Positions 49,015-62,154 of a stretch of DNA of 64,000 bases are shown here, in pieces. The DNA comes from Octopus vulgaris (Eukaryota): positions 2,356,001-2,420,000 of the forward strand of contig OX597816.1 in NCBI GenBank assembly GCA_951406725.2, read 5' to 3'. A program made the position numbers and the translations under genes. How positions within the stretch are numbered: position 1 is the first letter of the stretch; the number at the start of each line of letters is the position of its first letter. The notes beneath the pieces are model-generated. The model saw only the letters and a program-made list of their open reading frames with translations, ran no database searches and had not been told where the DNA came from.

Positions 49015-49826
49015 ATACACACACACAGTGTACCCAGTGTGAGCTATGGACATGAGGTGCTGTGGTATAATAGGAAGGTTATCAGAGAAGATAGTGCTTA
49101 TATGTGGACGATGCCCAAGAGTCATAAAAGCTACAGATGTCTGGATCTTGACTTTCTCAAATGCCCTGGAGGCTTTTTAGAAGTAGTGGATAGATAATTT
49201 CTGCTACTTGGAGGACCTAATTAGCTTTGTGGAAGGATGCATGGAAAGTGTAATTCCTGGAATATGAATAGGATGGAGAAAATTCAGAGAGCTCTCACCT
49301 CTGTTGGTAACCAAAGGTCTCTCTCTCAGTGAAAGGAAAATTGTATGGTGTTTGTGTATGAACTGCAATGCTACATGGTAGCGAGATGTGGGCCCTGAAT
49401 ACCGAAGACATGCGAAGGCTAGAGAGGAATGAATCTAGTATTCTCTGCTGGATGTGTAATGTTAGTGTACATGTGCAACAGAGTGCTAGTGTAGTGAGAG
49501 AGATGTTGGGCATAAGAAGAATTGGATGCAGTGTGCAAGAGAAAAGATTGTGCTGGTTTGGTCATGTGATGCAGATCGATGTCATCAGTTGCTTACAGAA
49601 GTGCTGTTCACTCAAAGTGGATGGAACTTGTGGAAGAGGCAGACATGGGATGAAGTATTGAATGCCAATCTCTGGGCACTGAGTCGCTCAAAGCCTTGCT
49701 GTACTCAAGAAGACCCATCTGCTACAGCAGAATTGATAAAAAGCATCCAGAACAGACAGTGTAGTCTGGTGCTCCATTCAAACCATTCAGCTCTTGCCAG
49801 CATGGGTAACAATTATAGATTAAATG
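49015..49826 (+). mobile_element. RTE LINE 3' fragment, degenerate
   Basis: CTQCELWT, LEVVD..CYLEDLI, MLHGSEMWALNTEDMRRLERNE..LCWMCNVS..RLCWFGHVMQ..GTCGRGR; tail cttgccagcatgg. Confidence 0.88.
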
Positions 49827-51747
49827 TATCCATTAGCCTCCAGTATATATATATTGTTTTTAAACACAGTACATCCATTAGAGATATTATCTCAGGATGA
49901 ACACTTCAGTAAATTTGCCTTTCACTGATGTATTTACTTCCAGTATGATACGTAAAATGCCTACAAACAGATACACACTCACATACTCTTAAAATGTACA
50001 TATTTATGTAATAGACAGACAGACATAAAATAAGACTTTTATACCAGTAATGTGCTGTGGTACAAACGTTCCTTGTTGGATTCACACACACACATACACA
50101 TACACATGCATGCATACCCACACACACACTGTTTGTGTAAACAAGGGTCAGCTTTTCTTTCAAACTTGTTATAGTAAAACTTATGTTTGAGCTTAATCTT
50201 TGTTCATCTCAGATTTTTCATATTCTTTAATATTTCTCTGTGTTTAATCTGGACCTGTATTATTCCAAAATTAATTAGTCCATTAATATCTCAAAACTTT
50301 CCCCCTCATTACCGCAAGAATGAAATGATGGTATTGTGTTGCTTGTGCACTTTGCAGGAGGTTCTATTGAATCATGGCAGTACTATTAGTGTTGATGCTC
50401 AATTTAATTCTTGTCCACTGATTAAGTTTTGGAAGCATTCATGGCTTACATGTGCTATATTTGTTCGTGTCAATTTTTGGTTGATATCTTAGTGTTTGTA
50501 AAGCTTTCTTATAAACAAAATCTATGATCAGTCTGTGAGAAAGAGTTGTTCATGTGTATCTCGTATTACAGTCTGAGCCATGAAGGTCAAGACTTCCCCT
50601 TTTACATTTCTATATCATATTGGTTATTTGAACCCTGGTCTTTAGTTTGCTGGTTTGTGCTTTCATGTCGATGAAAAGGTTTTCAATTGTGTATTTGTGA
50701 TAATTTCTAACAATGGGTTCATGCTTATGTGTAAAGGTTGTGCAAGCCATGCACAGAGGTGCTGTCAGCAAGGTGACTTCAGTGATAAATTTAGTGCCCA
50801 GGGAAAAATCAATCTAAATTCAGTTCTCATCCCTCTCTTATTTTATTATAAGCTATAACAAATGAATTTAAAACAGATTGTGGGAACTTCTCTGTGCTGA
50901 GGATGTTGTTCTTACTGTTGAAAATGTTACAGATTAAGAGAAGAAATTCCTGACATGGAGACAAAACCTAGAATGAAGAGGTCCCTAAGAAAATGTAGTA
51001 AAGACTAGAGATTTTTTTATAAAAAAGAAAATGAGACCCTTTTACAATGAAGGAAATAGTCATGCTTGATATGTAGAAAAGGGGTTGGTTGATGCTGTAG
51101 TTAATGTAAACTGTGGGCATAAGTGATGCGTTGGGGTCACTGACAGGCTGGCAGAGAAGAGACAATAGACTTTGTACAGAAGTAGTTATCAGTAGGAATG
51201 CTTATGAAATAAATTCCTTCAAAGGATTGGAAAACTCATTAGCATTTGTTTTTTTAACTAATGTTGTTAGTGTAATCTGGGTTCCTGGGAACAGGTTGAG
51301 AAAAGCTGAGGGATTATTGCCTCTGCTGGTAATCAAAAGGCTTCAGTCTCGGTAAAGAGCACATTCTATGATGCTTGTGTACAGTGTGTGTAATGTTGTT
51401 TGGTTATGATATAGGGGCTTTGAATGCAGAAGGTCTGTGAAGTCTAGAAGGAGGTGAAGTGACCATGCTCTGTTGGTGTGCAAGTAGGGCAGAGCCCACA
51501 TGAGCTGGGAAAAACACAAAAAAAGCAACAAAAAAATGTGCAGAAGAGTCAGATGTAGTTTGCAAGAGAGGAGACTGTCTTGGGAATTGGAAGTGTGTGG
51601 AGGTTGTCAATTGTATAAAGAAGTACCAAGGGTTCAAGTGAACGGGGGAGGCTTAGACTGATCTCAAGAAACTCAACCCTTGAAGGAAATAACAAAGAAA
51701 CATGAAAATACAGACATCGAAATGGTGGTGGCTGGGTTTGTAGAATA

Positions 51748-51784
<37 letters not shown>

Positions 51785-52430
51785 AACGTGAGCTAAGGGA
51801 AATAACTCTAATAGGCCAGTGACAAATTCAGGTAAATTCTTGCCTATTGTGATGCTATGTACAAAAGAATTTGTCACTGAATTTGATTTTGGCTTTTAGT
51901 TGGTGCTGAGTGAATCGAATGCTGCGATGTGGCAGTTGTTAGCAACTGTCAACAAAAAGGGGAGATAATTTACTGAAACTACAAGAAACGAATTTTTCAG
52001 AAAATTGATTGAAATTTTTCTTGTTCAGAGAGAAAGAAAATGTGAACTTTGTTAGCCAGGATGATGATGATGACAGCTGCCGTTGTCTTAATAATCTGCA
52101 TCAATATAACAATCACAGTCCATTAAAGCTTGCTTTGGTCAATTGACAGCAAGGTCTTTGTTTTGGGTTTTTTTTACTAGCCAAGAGTTAAAAAGATATT
52201 TTTGAATAATTTGCAAAATAAAGTGAGCTGAGGGAAATATTTCAAGGGAATCAATGAAATGAATTTAGATAGTTTAGGTCAGAGACCATGCATTGTCACA
52301 GGATTTTTAGTTTGCAGGATTTATGTAGGAAACAGATCTTTCTTAGTAGACAAGGGCTGCAGTTATGGATAGGTTTCAATCTTATTTAACCTCACCACAG
52401 TCTACTTTCCACATATATATATATATATAT

Positions 52431-52835
52431 GGCGCAGGAGTGGCTGTGTGGTAAGTAGCTAGCTAACCAACCACATGGTTCCGGGTTCAGTCCCACTGCG
52501 TGGCACCTTGGGCAAGTGTCTTCTGCTATAGCCCCGGGCCGACCAATGCCTTGTGAGTGGATTTGGTAGACGGAAACTGAAAGAAGCCCGTCGTATATAT
52601 GTATATATATATATGTATGTGTGTGTATGTGTTTGTGTGTCTGTGTTTGTCCCCCTAGCATTGCTTGACAACCGATGCTGGTGTGTTTACATCTCCGTCA
52701 CTTAGCGGTTCGACAAAAGAGACTGATAGAATAAGTACTGGGCTTACAAAAGAATAAGTCCTGGAGTCGAGTTACTCGATTAAAGGCGGTGCTCCAGCAT
52801 GGCCGCAGTCAAATGACTGAAACAAGTAAAAGAGT
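52431..52835 (+). mobile_element. SINE family A, full length
   Basis: ggcgcaggagtggctgtgtggtaagtagc...ttccgggttcagtccc...aaatgactgaaacaagtaaaagag; inserted in (TA)n. Confidence 0.93.
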
Positions 52836-53250
52836 ATATATACCACATTTGGAGGCACATGGCTTTAATTCCTTGACCAGCCAATGCATTGCACTCTTGA
52901 GCAAGACTTTTCATTTCATGATGCTCCTCTCAACTATCAACAATGAGTAATCCTGTAATGAGCCAACTTCCTGTTCTGGGCAGGAATATTTACCATCACA
53001 GAATCCAGGAAACCAACCTTATCATCTTTTTTTATTTTTTTGTATCTTGGTTTGTTTTTTTATACATTGTATAAATATGCGTATGCAGATATTCATGTGT
53101 GTGTGTTTATATACACATATATAAACACACCAATGTTTTATGTATACATTAATGTGTGTGTGTGCATACACACACATGTGCGTGTGCACACACACAGAGT
53201 TTATATATGCATAATTTATGTGTTTTTTTTTTCTATGTACACATATACAA

Positions 53251-53298
<48 letters not shown>

Positions 53299-53619
53299 GT
53301 GAGAGAAATTGGAGAGGAGGGCAGAGTGAGAGAATTAATTTATATTGATACTAGACTGACAGCTGATTACTATACTCGTTAGCCACTGAAATTTGTCTCG
53401 TTTTGGCTTCTCCTTTCAGCCGTGTGTGTGTGTGTGTGTGTGTGTGCTTGCTTTACTGCTTGCAACTTTAATTTTCTTTCTATGTCTACATATATTAATG
53501 AAATTTGCAACAATTTTGCTAAAACTAACTCAGCTGATTCCTTTAACACTTGCATCCAGTTCTCAGTCTCCAATAAATATACTAAAACCTAATCTCTATT
53601 ATAGCCATCAGCTTTCCTG

Positions 53620-53628
53620 CAACCACCT

Positions 53629-53669
<41 letters not shown>

Positions 53670-54900
53670 CCTCTCCCTCACTAGCTGGCTGATTATTTTT
53701 TACTTTCCTCTCTCTCTCTCTAATCTCTCCCCAACAAGCCTGATTTTCCCACCACCACCCCCCTTTCTCATACTCTTTCTCTTTTCTCTCACTTTTCTTT
53801 CTATTCTCATGTGACCCTTTTTTTTCCCTTACTCTCCACCATCCTCCTCCTACTGTCTCTCTCTCTCTCTCTCTCTCCCTATCCAGCCTCCTCCCCTCTG
53901 CTTTCAGGTGAGGTCGGGGATCTTGTTTCTCCAGTTTCCTATTTCTCTTCTTACTCTTCCCCTCCATCTCCTCCTTTCTCATTCCTCCATTGATTTCTGT
54001 TCCTCCCATTTTTCTATTTACATTATATTCTTGTTTTTTTTTTCCCTCTTTCTCTTTATTCCACAAACCTTCTTTGTCTCTGTTGTTCTCTCTCTTACTT
54101 CTGATATAGTTTTATTGTTGATTTTTTTTTTTTGTCTGTTTATATTTTTTTTTTCATTTCTCACTCCACCCCCTCCTCTCACATCAACTTTCCAAGCCTC
54201 TCCAATTCCATGTTTTGTTCGCTTTCGTCGCCCTTCCCAATACTTATTTCTCTCTCTCTCTCTCTCTCAGCCATCTATATACCTCTCTCTCTCTCTCTCC
54301 CTCTCTCATATTCAGACGGGACCACTATTTAACACTCATAATAACCACTCCACTCCACCAAATGAAAGTTAAAACTGTTCTTATCCTTATCAATGAACTG
54401 TCCTCAACTTTTCATAGTAGTTCTTGTTATTAACTGGCAACTTGTAGCCCGGCTGACTGATTTGTTGTCCTGCTCCTGTCCGCCCCCCCACTTCCCCACC
54501 GCCTCCTACACGCTGCGACAAACCCTCCTCCGCCGCCGCCAACGATGTCATTGCTTTCGCTGTTCTTCCCATGATGCTGCTGCTGCTGCTGCTGCAGACG
54601 TTCTTGTCATCTTGTTATTGTTGTCATTGTCGTCATCTTTGCAAACTTCTATATATGCTATACACACGCACACGTACAGCTCGAGTACGCAGTCAGTGTG
54701 TTACCCTACTAAGTTGACAACTTCAGTTTTGACAACGTACCAATGGGACGTCTACGATTTAACAACACCCAAAGCTGAAAAGGAAAAAATAGAAGAAGAA
54801 GAAGAAGAAGAAGAAGAAGAAATGAGAAAAGGAAGAAACCAAAAACTCGTCTGGGCATTAACTTGTGTAATCTCAATGACATAACAGGGAGAAAGAGACG
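53620..54900 (+). promoter_or_regulatory. Candidate promoter / TSS region
   Basis: TE-free (CT)n/GAGA-rich tract followed by a CpG-retaining GC-rich block (54445-54760) with GC-box-like ccgccc, (CCG)n, (CTG)n and Inr-like TCAGTG/TCAGTT (54694, 54723). Confidence 0.4.
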
Positions 54901-55943
54901 AGAGGGAGAGGAAAGAAATGGATATTTTAGAGGAACAGAGAGAGAGAGAAAGAGATTTTTATCACAGATATTGAAAATATAATCACATGCAGAAACACGA
55001 AAAGGGACCAGCCCCTTTTTCCCGTGTTTGTTTGTTTCCCATTGCTACTTATTTGCTGATGGAACACTGATCCCCTCCTCCACTTTCTTTTCTGCTTTAA
55101 TATTTTTTATTGCATCTGGATTATTTTATTTTCCTTTCATTGAGATTTCGTTCTGCTGCTGCCGATTGTCTCTCTGTTGGTTCCTTTTACCCCCAAAAAC
55201 AAGGACCTGTGTCTGATAAGCAAACCAAACAACTTTCAACTTAGTTTTCTATGTTTGTAATTCTTCCTCGAAATGACTTTCGGTCAACCACGATCACCAG
55301 CACCACTTCAGGTGGTTTGCTGAGACTTTTCTACAGAACACTCCAATTAATATCTGTTCTCAAATCAGCCTTTAATCCTTCCAAACTTATACACACCTGC
55401 ACACACACACACAATGATCTTTGAATCAAGTTCAAGAAATGTTCTGCTTCTACTGCATTTCCTGCCATTCTTGTCCCAAAATGAAAGATTCAGGAAAATA
55501 AGGACCACATTAACTTCTGACCAAACTCTACATGGTTCCATTCCATGTCTAAATTTTCGTCATCACCAACACCAAAGTCCTCACCTGTACCATTGTCATC
55601 ACTGTTATCAACATGTTCTCCACCACAACCATCGATGAGGCTTTTAAAATATTCGGAACGTTTCCCAACGTTGCACTCTGCTTCACCAGAGCATTGGATC
55701 AATAGATTTTACCTTTTTTTTTTTTTTAAGTATACATGTATATAAGTGTACAAGTGTGTTTCGTTACAATTACTGTTATTATTATTTCATCATTTACTAT
55801 GGACTTGATATCGCGGACTGTGATCACCTTTATGGGAAACTGTTGTTCCGTTTACGTCGTTTTGGAGATATCCTTGTGTCTCTTTCTCTCCACTTTCCCC
55901 CTTTTCATTGGATTTTTGTTTTTTTTCCAAAAGCGTCGAGATC

Positions 55944-56008
55944 ATGTCCGCACAGGATCCCTCAAGTCGTCTCACCAAACCCAGACATGCACCATTTTGG
56001 CACGCAGT
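55944..56008 (+). CDS. Candidate coding end of an alternative first exon (MSAQDPSSRLTKPRHAPFWHAV, phase 2; other frames also open)
   Basis: CpG-retaining block ending at a consensus donor |gtaagt (56009), downstream of the promoter-like region. Confidence 0.38.
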
Positions 56009-56447
56009 GTAAGTACACAACAATATATAATATGTCAGCTATCTCTTTAGGCGGCTTTTCCACACTCCCTAATATTATATATATATATTTCTTTATGTTT
56101 ATTTACATCAGCTCAGCCAGCTAATTAAACAAATCTATTTATTACACAACAGCCCTGTTTTTTCTTTTTTTTTTTTTTTTTTGCTAAATATTGGTGTTCA
56201 GTCATATTGTTCGCATGTTCTCTTCTCTTTTGTGTGTTGTTTTAACTTAATTACTAATTAACAGACATGTCCTTCTTATGTTCCAATGACTTTTACTACA
56301 CCTGTATAAATTTAGAATGCTTTCTTTTCTTTAAAAAAATCCTGTATTTCTCAAATGTTTTTGTTATTTCTGACTTTCATCAGAAAACTGCATATATTTC
56401 TGCAATTACTAAAGATTAATGGTGCTTTCTCATTATTTTCATCACTT

Positions 56448-56668
56448 AAGGCGCTCAGCTGGCAAGAATCCTTCACACGTTGGGCAAAATGTTTAGCAGC
56501 ATTTCTTCAGGCTCCACACTCTGAGTTCATATTCTGCCACTGTCATCTTTGCCTTTCATCCATCCTTTTATGGTTGATAAAATAAAAACCAGCCAAGTTC
56601 TGGGGGTCAGTGTAGTCGATTTGCACCCCTCCCGCTAAAATTGCTGGTCTTGTACCAAAATTAGAAAA
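56448..56668 (+). mobile_element. Meta-domain-like SINE
   Basis: aggcgctcagctggcaagaatc...ctgagttcatattctgcc...tttgcctttcatcc...ggtcttgtaccaaaattagaa. Confidence 0.8.
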
Positions 56669-57244
56669 TCATTTCTTTGCCCACCACTTACTTCAAAATT
56701 TTTCATTTTCATTTCTTGATTTATTTTCTAATATCAACCTGTGACAAAAGTTTATTGATTCTAATATGTAAGAACATACGTCTGTGTGTGTGTGTGTGTG
56801 TGTGTGCTTACATAAAAGAACAATGTAATATTTTCTTTATAATCTCCAGCTTCTTTCCATTTTCTTCTTCATCATTTGTCAGTTGTGCTATTTTACCTGA
56901 TGTTTACAAACCCATCCACATGGCGTTTCTCTTTGGATGTTGTCGCATGTGTCTGAATTCTATGGAACACACTTTCGTCTTAAAACCAACTTATTTCTTC
57001 TTAAATTTTCACAAAAAGTGCTTCACTTGTGTAATTTCTGCTGTTTGTTTTATAATGTACGCTGGTGATTATTTTCTTTTCTTGTTTTCTTAAATATTTC
57101 AATTTTAAAATAAAATTTAAAAAATACAAAAATGACATTATGATTAATAACTTTGGTGAGTTTGGCTGAAATGCTACAAGTGAAAGTAAGTATCAATAAT
57201 ATAAACTAATGTTCAATCAACTGCTTCGTTTCATCTGTGTATAG

Positions 57245-57419
<175 letters not shown>

Positions 57420-57420
<1 letters not shown>

Positions 57421-57870
57421 TCCCATCCCTAATCAAGTCTCACTCTTTTCATACTTTCACACTCTAGCACACTAACTTTCCTATCTACCCTTTCTTCATT
57501 CCTACTCTCTCTCTCTCTCTCTCTTATTGTCACCTTTATTGCCTTATTCTCTCTCTCTCTTCATCTTCTCTCTCCAGCTGGGAAAGCCCCATGTATCTCC
57601 TCTTCAGTAAGACACCTGTTTGTGTATCCTTCCATCATACTTTCACTTCCATCAGTTGAGGGGACTTGTCCTGCAAGAACTTAATTTCACTAGTGGGGGC
57701 CACAAAAAAAAAGCACCCAGTCCATGATGTAAAGTGGTTGGAATTAGGAAGAGCATCCAGCTGTAGAAACTATGCCAAAGTGGACACTGAAGCTTGGCAT
57801 AATTCTTTAGTTTCTCACATCCTGTTGAACCGTTCCATCAATGCTGATATGGAAAACAGAGATTAAATCA
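57420..57870 (+). mobile_element. RTE long pyrimidine-rich 3' UTR fragment
   Basis: C/T tract, ctcttcagtaagacacctg, then gtggttggaattaggaagagcatccagctgtagaaac...atggaaaacagagattaaa. Confidence 0.65.
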
Positions 57871-57928
57871 CAATAATGAATAACAAATAGATATGAATAA
57901 TGATAGATATGAATAATGAATAACAAAT

Positions 57929-58096
57929 AGCACCTACTACACTCTCGGAGTGGTTGGCGTTAGGGAGGGCATCCAGCTGTAGAAACTCTGCCAGATCAAG
58001 ACTGGAGCCTGGTGCGGCCATCTGGTTCACCTACCCTCAGTCAAATCGTCCAACCCATGCTAGCATGGAAAGCGGACGTTAAACGATGATGATGAT
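57929..58096 (+). mobile_element. Young RTE 3' end
   Basis: gcacctactacactctcggagtggttggcg...aacccatgctagcatggaaagcggacgttaaacgatgatg. Confidence 0.9.
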
Positions 58097-58099
58097 ATG

Positions 58100-59733
58100 C
58101 AGGGTGCAGTGAATACATTGTTATCTAAGTTATGCAAAAATGAAAACAACACTGATATCTCATTTTAACAGATATAGTTACCAAAATTACAGGCGTAGGA
58201 GTGGCTGTGTGGTAAGTAGCTTGCTTATCAACCACATGGTTCCAATTCAGTCCCACTGCGTGGCACCTTCGGAAACTGTCTTCTGCTATAGCCTCGGGCT
58301 GACCAAAGCCTTGTGAGTGGATTTAGTAATGGAAACTGAAAGAAGCCCATTGTATATGTTTGTGTGTATATATGTTTGTCCCCCCAGCATTGTTTGACAG
58401 CCAATGTTGGTGTGTTTACATCCCCATAAACTAGCAGTTCAGCAAAAGAGACCAATCGAATAAGTACTAGGCTCACAAAGAATAAGTCCTGGGGTTGATG
58501 TGTTCAACTAAAGGTGGTGCCCCAGATGGCCACAATCAAATGACTGAACCAAATAAAAAAGAATATTTTGAAATACTAAACAGTAAATTTATTCAATAAA
58601 ATCGCCACTGGCTTCAACCACGATCTCCAGACAACTTTGGAATCTCCTGCAACTCTTCTGGATGGTGCCATAATCCTTGCCTTCAGTTCATCTTTGGTGT
58701 TACAAGGAGTTTTGTTGGTCTCTTGCTCAACTGCACCCCATACATAATAATTAAGGGGGTTGCAGTCTGGGGAGTTAGGTGACCAGATGTTAGGGGTGAT
58801 GTGGTTGCAGAAATTGTCTGACTGCCATGACTGGGTTCTCCTGCTCGTGTGGCATGGTGCAGAGTCCTGTTGCCAGACTGTCTTCTAGCAGCCACCCTCT
58901 TGACTCAGGGTAGCATTACTTTCTCAAGGCACTTGATGTAGGCCTCCATGTTGAATCTGAGGCCATGTGGGAAGATGAATGGAGGCATAACATCACCATC
59001 ACTAGTGATCATTCCAAACACCATGATGTTGACTGGATGTTTGATTTTTGTCACTCTCAGTACATGTTTTTGGGACATGGCAAGCCAATGGTTGTTCTGT
59101 GTGTTCACCATGTGATCCTGGCAGAATTTTTTCTCATTTGAGAGAAACCAAAGCATGTTCAGTTGGAGGGGATGGTTGATTTTTTTCAAAAGCTTCATAG
59201 CGCAGTTTTTCCTCTTGTCCTTGACGACTTGGGAAAAAATTGGCCCTTTCTCATCTTGTATGAGGAATAAGAAATGTCTTCATGCATTACCTGCCTGATA
59301 AGAAACTCAGACACTCCTGTATCCCTGGTGATGGACCTGATTGACTTGGAGGGATCAATGTCAATCATGGCCTGGATCTCACCAGCAAATTCAGGAGTTC
59401 TTTTCTTCTCAGAGTGAGCTTTCCAAGCTGCCAATCCTTCTTAATCCCCATTAGACTCACCAAACTCTTTCTGAATCCTCTGCACTGTCTTTAGATTCCC
59501 ACCCAAACACTCTGAAATATCCGTAATGGAGCTTCTGGCATGAATGCCAAGCACTACAGCATGATGTCATTTCCAAATTTCTGGCAGAGTGGATTGTGTC
59601 ATGGTGCTGTTTTTCTCAGAGACGGTGCCCAACTGACCCTACTATACTGTGTAATTGACAAAATCAAAAACAAACAATGCACATGTGCAAAATTTAAAAT
59701 ATAAAATGGTGACAATTTACCCATTGCACCCTG
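58100..59733 (-). mobile_element. maT (DD37D) Tc1/mariner-superfamily transposon relic, with a family A SINE inserted at about 58192-58560
   Basis: TIRs cagggtgcagtgaatacattgttatc / ggtgacaatttacccattgcaccctg. Motifs: WFLSNEKKF, KHPVNIMVFGMITSDG, VWQQDSAPCHTS..WSPNSPDCNPL(D)YYVWG, with 37 residues between the 2nd and the (frameshifted) 3rd D. Confidence 0.88.
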
Positions 59734-59737
59734 TGTA

Positions 59738-59797
<60 letters not shown>

Positions 59798-60067
59798 CAC
59801 ATGATGTAATAATGTGTGTAACTCTATGATAATGATGAAATGTATCTAGTCCACTTGCTGCTTCCTATGCCAAATGCCACCCAAACAACACTCATCCTGG
59901 GTTAGGTGCTTTTATGGTTCCTAGTTTGGTGTTTTTCTTATCTAAGTCTCAGACCCTGTACAAGTTCGTTTTGTTTCTCTCCTTTTCTTCATAAAATTAA
60001 TCTGTTAATTTTGAATAAACTTCCTTGAGTAATTAAGTCTGTGCTGCTGCACGCACACACCCACACA

Positions 60068-60104
<37 letters not shown>

Positions 60105-60410
60105 TCTGTGAATATAATTTATTTAGTGCTACAAAGTCAACAAAATGTCAAAACCTATATTTAGTGTCATATTGACAGTGTTTTTATTTACTTTAGTATT
60201 TCCATTCCATTAGTAACATATTGCAATATCTGCCTCTCTCTTTCCTGGCTCTCCATTATATCATATTCGGGTATATTTCCTTGTCTCATCTTTTAATGAG
60301 CTGTTTACATATTTTACGACTTAACTTTTGTATTTCTATATAAAGTCAGTTGCTGAACTACATTTACTTAGCATGAATATAGAAGTATTGCAATAGCTTA
60401 ATAATGGTTA

Positions 60411-60454
<44 letters not shown>

Positions 60455-61013
60455 ACAGCCCTGATGCAGTACCAGACAGTGACTCTCATGGCTTCTGATC
60501 TTAACTGATTGGAAGTGTTATCATGTACATTGTTTTGTCTTGGTATAAAAGATGGGTTTTACAGCAAATATTCTGCTCAATACCACAGATTTGCTTGTCA
60601 GTTGTTTGACCTTAACCAGTGGACCATGTCCCTTAGTGGCTGATAATATGTGCATCTCTGATCACGAGCAGAAGTAGTGGGGGAGCATCATAGCCATGTG
60701 TTGAGAGGGATTCTTTGGAGGTTTGAATAATTCACTTCTGGAAACATGGGTGTTTCGTTCAACATCCTTAAGCAAACCTTATTCAGAGACCTTTTGAGCA
60801 GGAAGGACTACTCCACCAGAAGAAAACTCTAACTGGGCCCCACCTGCAAGGTCATGTGCTGTTTATCTTCATATGAGATCACCATGTCGTGAACATATGG
60901 TTGTGATGCATATGCCTAATGTACCCTTATCAGACGGGTAGTCATGATGGGTATGCTGGGATTCGTATATTTTATCCCAGTGTCATTTGATGGCATGCAC
61001 TGCTCTCTCACTC
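60455..61013 (+). mobile_element. Unclassified interspersed element (about 560 bp) between (AGT)n and (AAT)n
   Basis: Second partial copy at 12075-12189; GC-richer than flanks; ends ...ctgctctctcactc(aat)n. Confidence 0.6.
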
Positions 61014-61046
<33 letters not shown>

Positions 61047-61827
61047 TAGCATCATCATCCTTTAGCATGTTTTTCCATACTGGCATGGGTTGGGTGGTTT
61101 AAGCAAATCTGGCAAACCAGAGAGTTGTCTCGGTTTACAATTGTCTAATTTGGTTTGGTTTCTATGGCTGGATGCCCTTCCTAACACCAACCACTTTACA
61201 GCGTGTGCAGGGTGCTTTTAATGTGGCACCACACGAGTATCTGTAGTTTTTAAGGATCCTCTGCATGTTCCCCATACGCTACTTTCTCTGGTAACCTTCC
61301 TATTATTCCACTACGCATACTGTGTTTCCATAGCTTACACTGGGTACACCATATGGAGTTCCTGCCTACACCTTTCCTATGAATTGAGCAGGGCCACTTA
61401 CCTGAAGGTAGTAGGGTCCTGTCTGTTTTCTTGCTTACTAAGACCATAGTCTTTGCTAAGTTAACCTTAAGACCCTTAGATTCTGGGTTTTGCTTCCACA
61501 CCTGGAATTTCTTTTCTAGCTCTGATATCGAATCTGCTATGAGGGTAAGATCATCAGCATCTAGTAGCTGCCAGGGTCTGTCAGTCGTGAATCCCTCTGT
61601 TATGGCCTGGAATATAATAATGAAAAGTAGGGGACTGAGGATTGAGCTTTGCTGAACACCTCCCTGTACACCACATTCTTCACTCTACTTGGGGTTAACT
61701 CTCATCTTACTGGCAACTCTCCTCTACATGGCCTGTACAGCTTTCACAAGCCACTTGTCTGCCCATAGCCTCCTCAGAGCCCATCATATTACACAGCAGG
61801 CTACTCTGTAAAAGACTTTCTCTAGAT

Positions 61828-62154
61828 CAGGGGTTCTCACCCATTTTTTATCTATGGACCTCTTTAATTAATATTTTATTCTAATGAACCCCTATTGCTA
61901 TTCACTATTTAAAAACTAGTTTTCTAGAAGTTTCTTTCAAAATTCCTGTTTTGTTTTCCCCACATTAACTTGTGTAGGCTGAATTATGTAAAATGTCAGA
62001 GAAAGAAACCTGGCTGTTTCTTGCAATACATAACCAATACATCTAAAGCAACATTTTTTTAGGGTCCCTTAAAATACTATTGTGGATCTTCCAATTTACT
62101 ATTTTGTTACATGGACCCCCAAAATCTTATATGGACCCCATTTGAGAACCACTG
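61828..62154. mobile_element. hAT (Charlie-like) MITE nested in the RTE RT
   Basis: TIRs caggggttctca / tgagaaccactg; perfect 8-bp TSD ctctagat (61820-61827 and 62155-62162). Confidence 0.9.

Noticed and set aside
51100-51720. Purine-skewed block suspected to be a decayed retroelement
   Set aside because: No RT or endonuclease motif could be recovered in any frame by eye.
53608-54884. 150-160 aa ORFs on both strands
   Set aside because: They arise from CT/GA low-complexity and triplet repeats of the promoter-like region.
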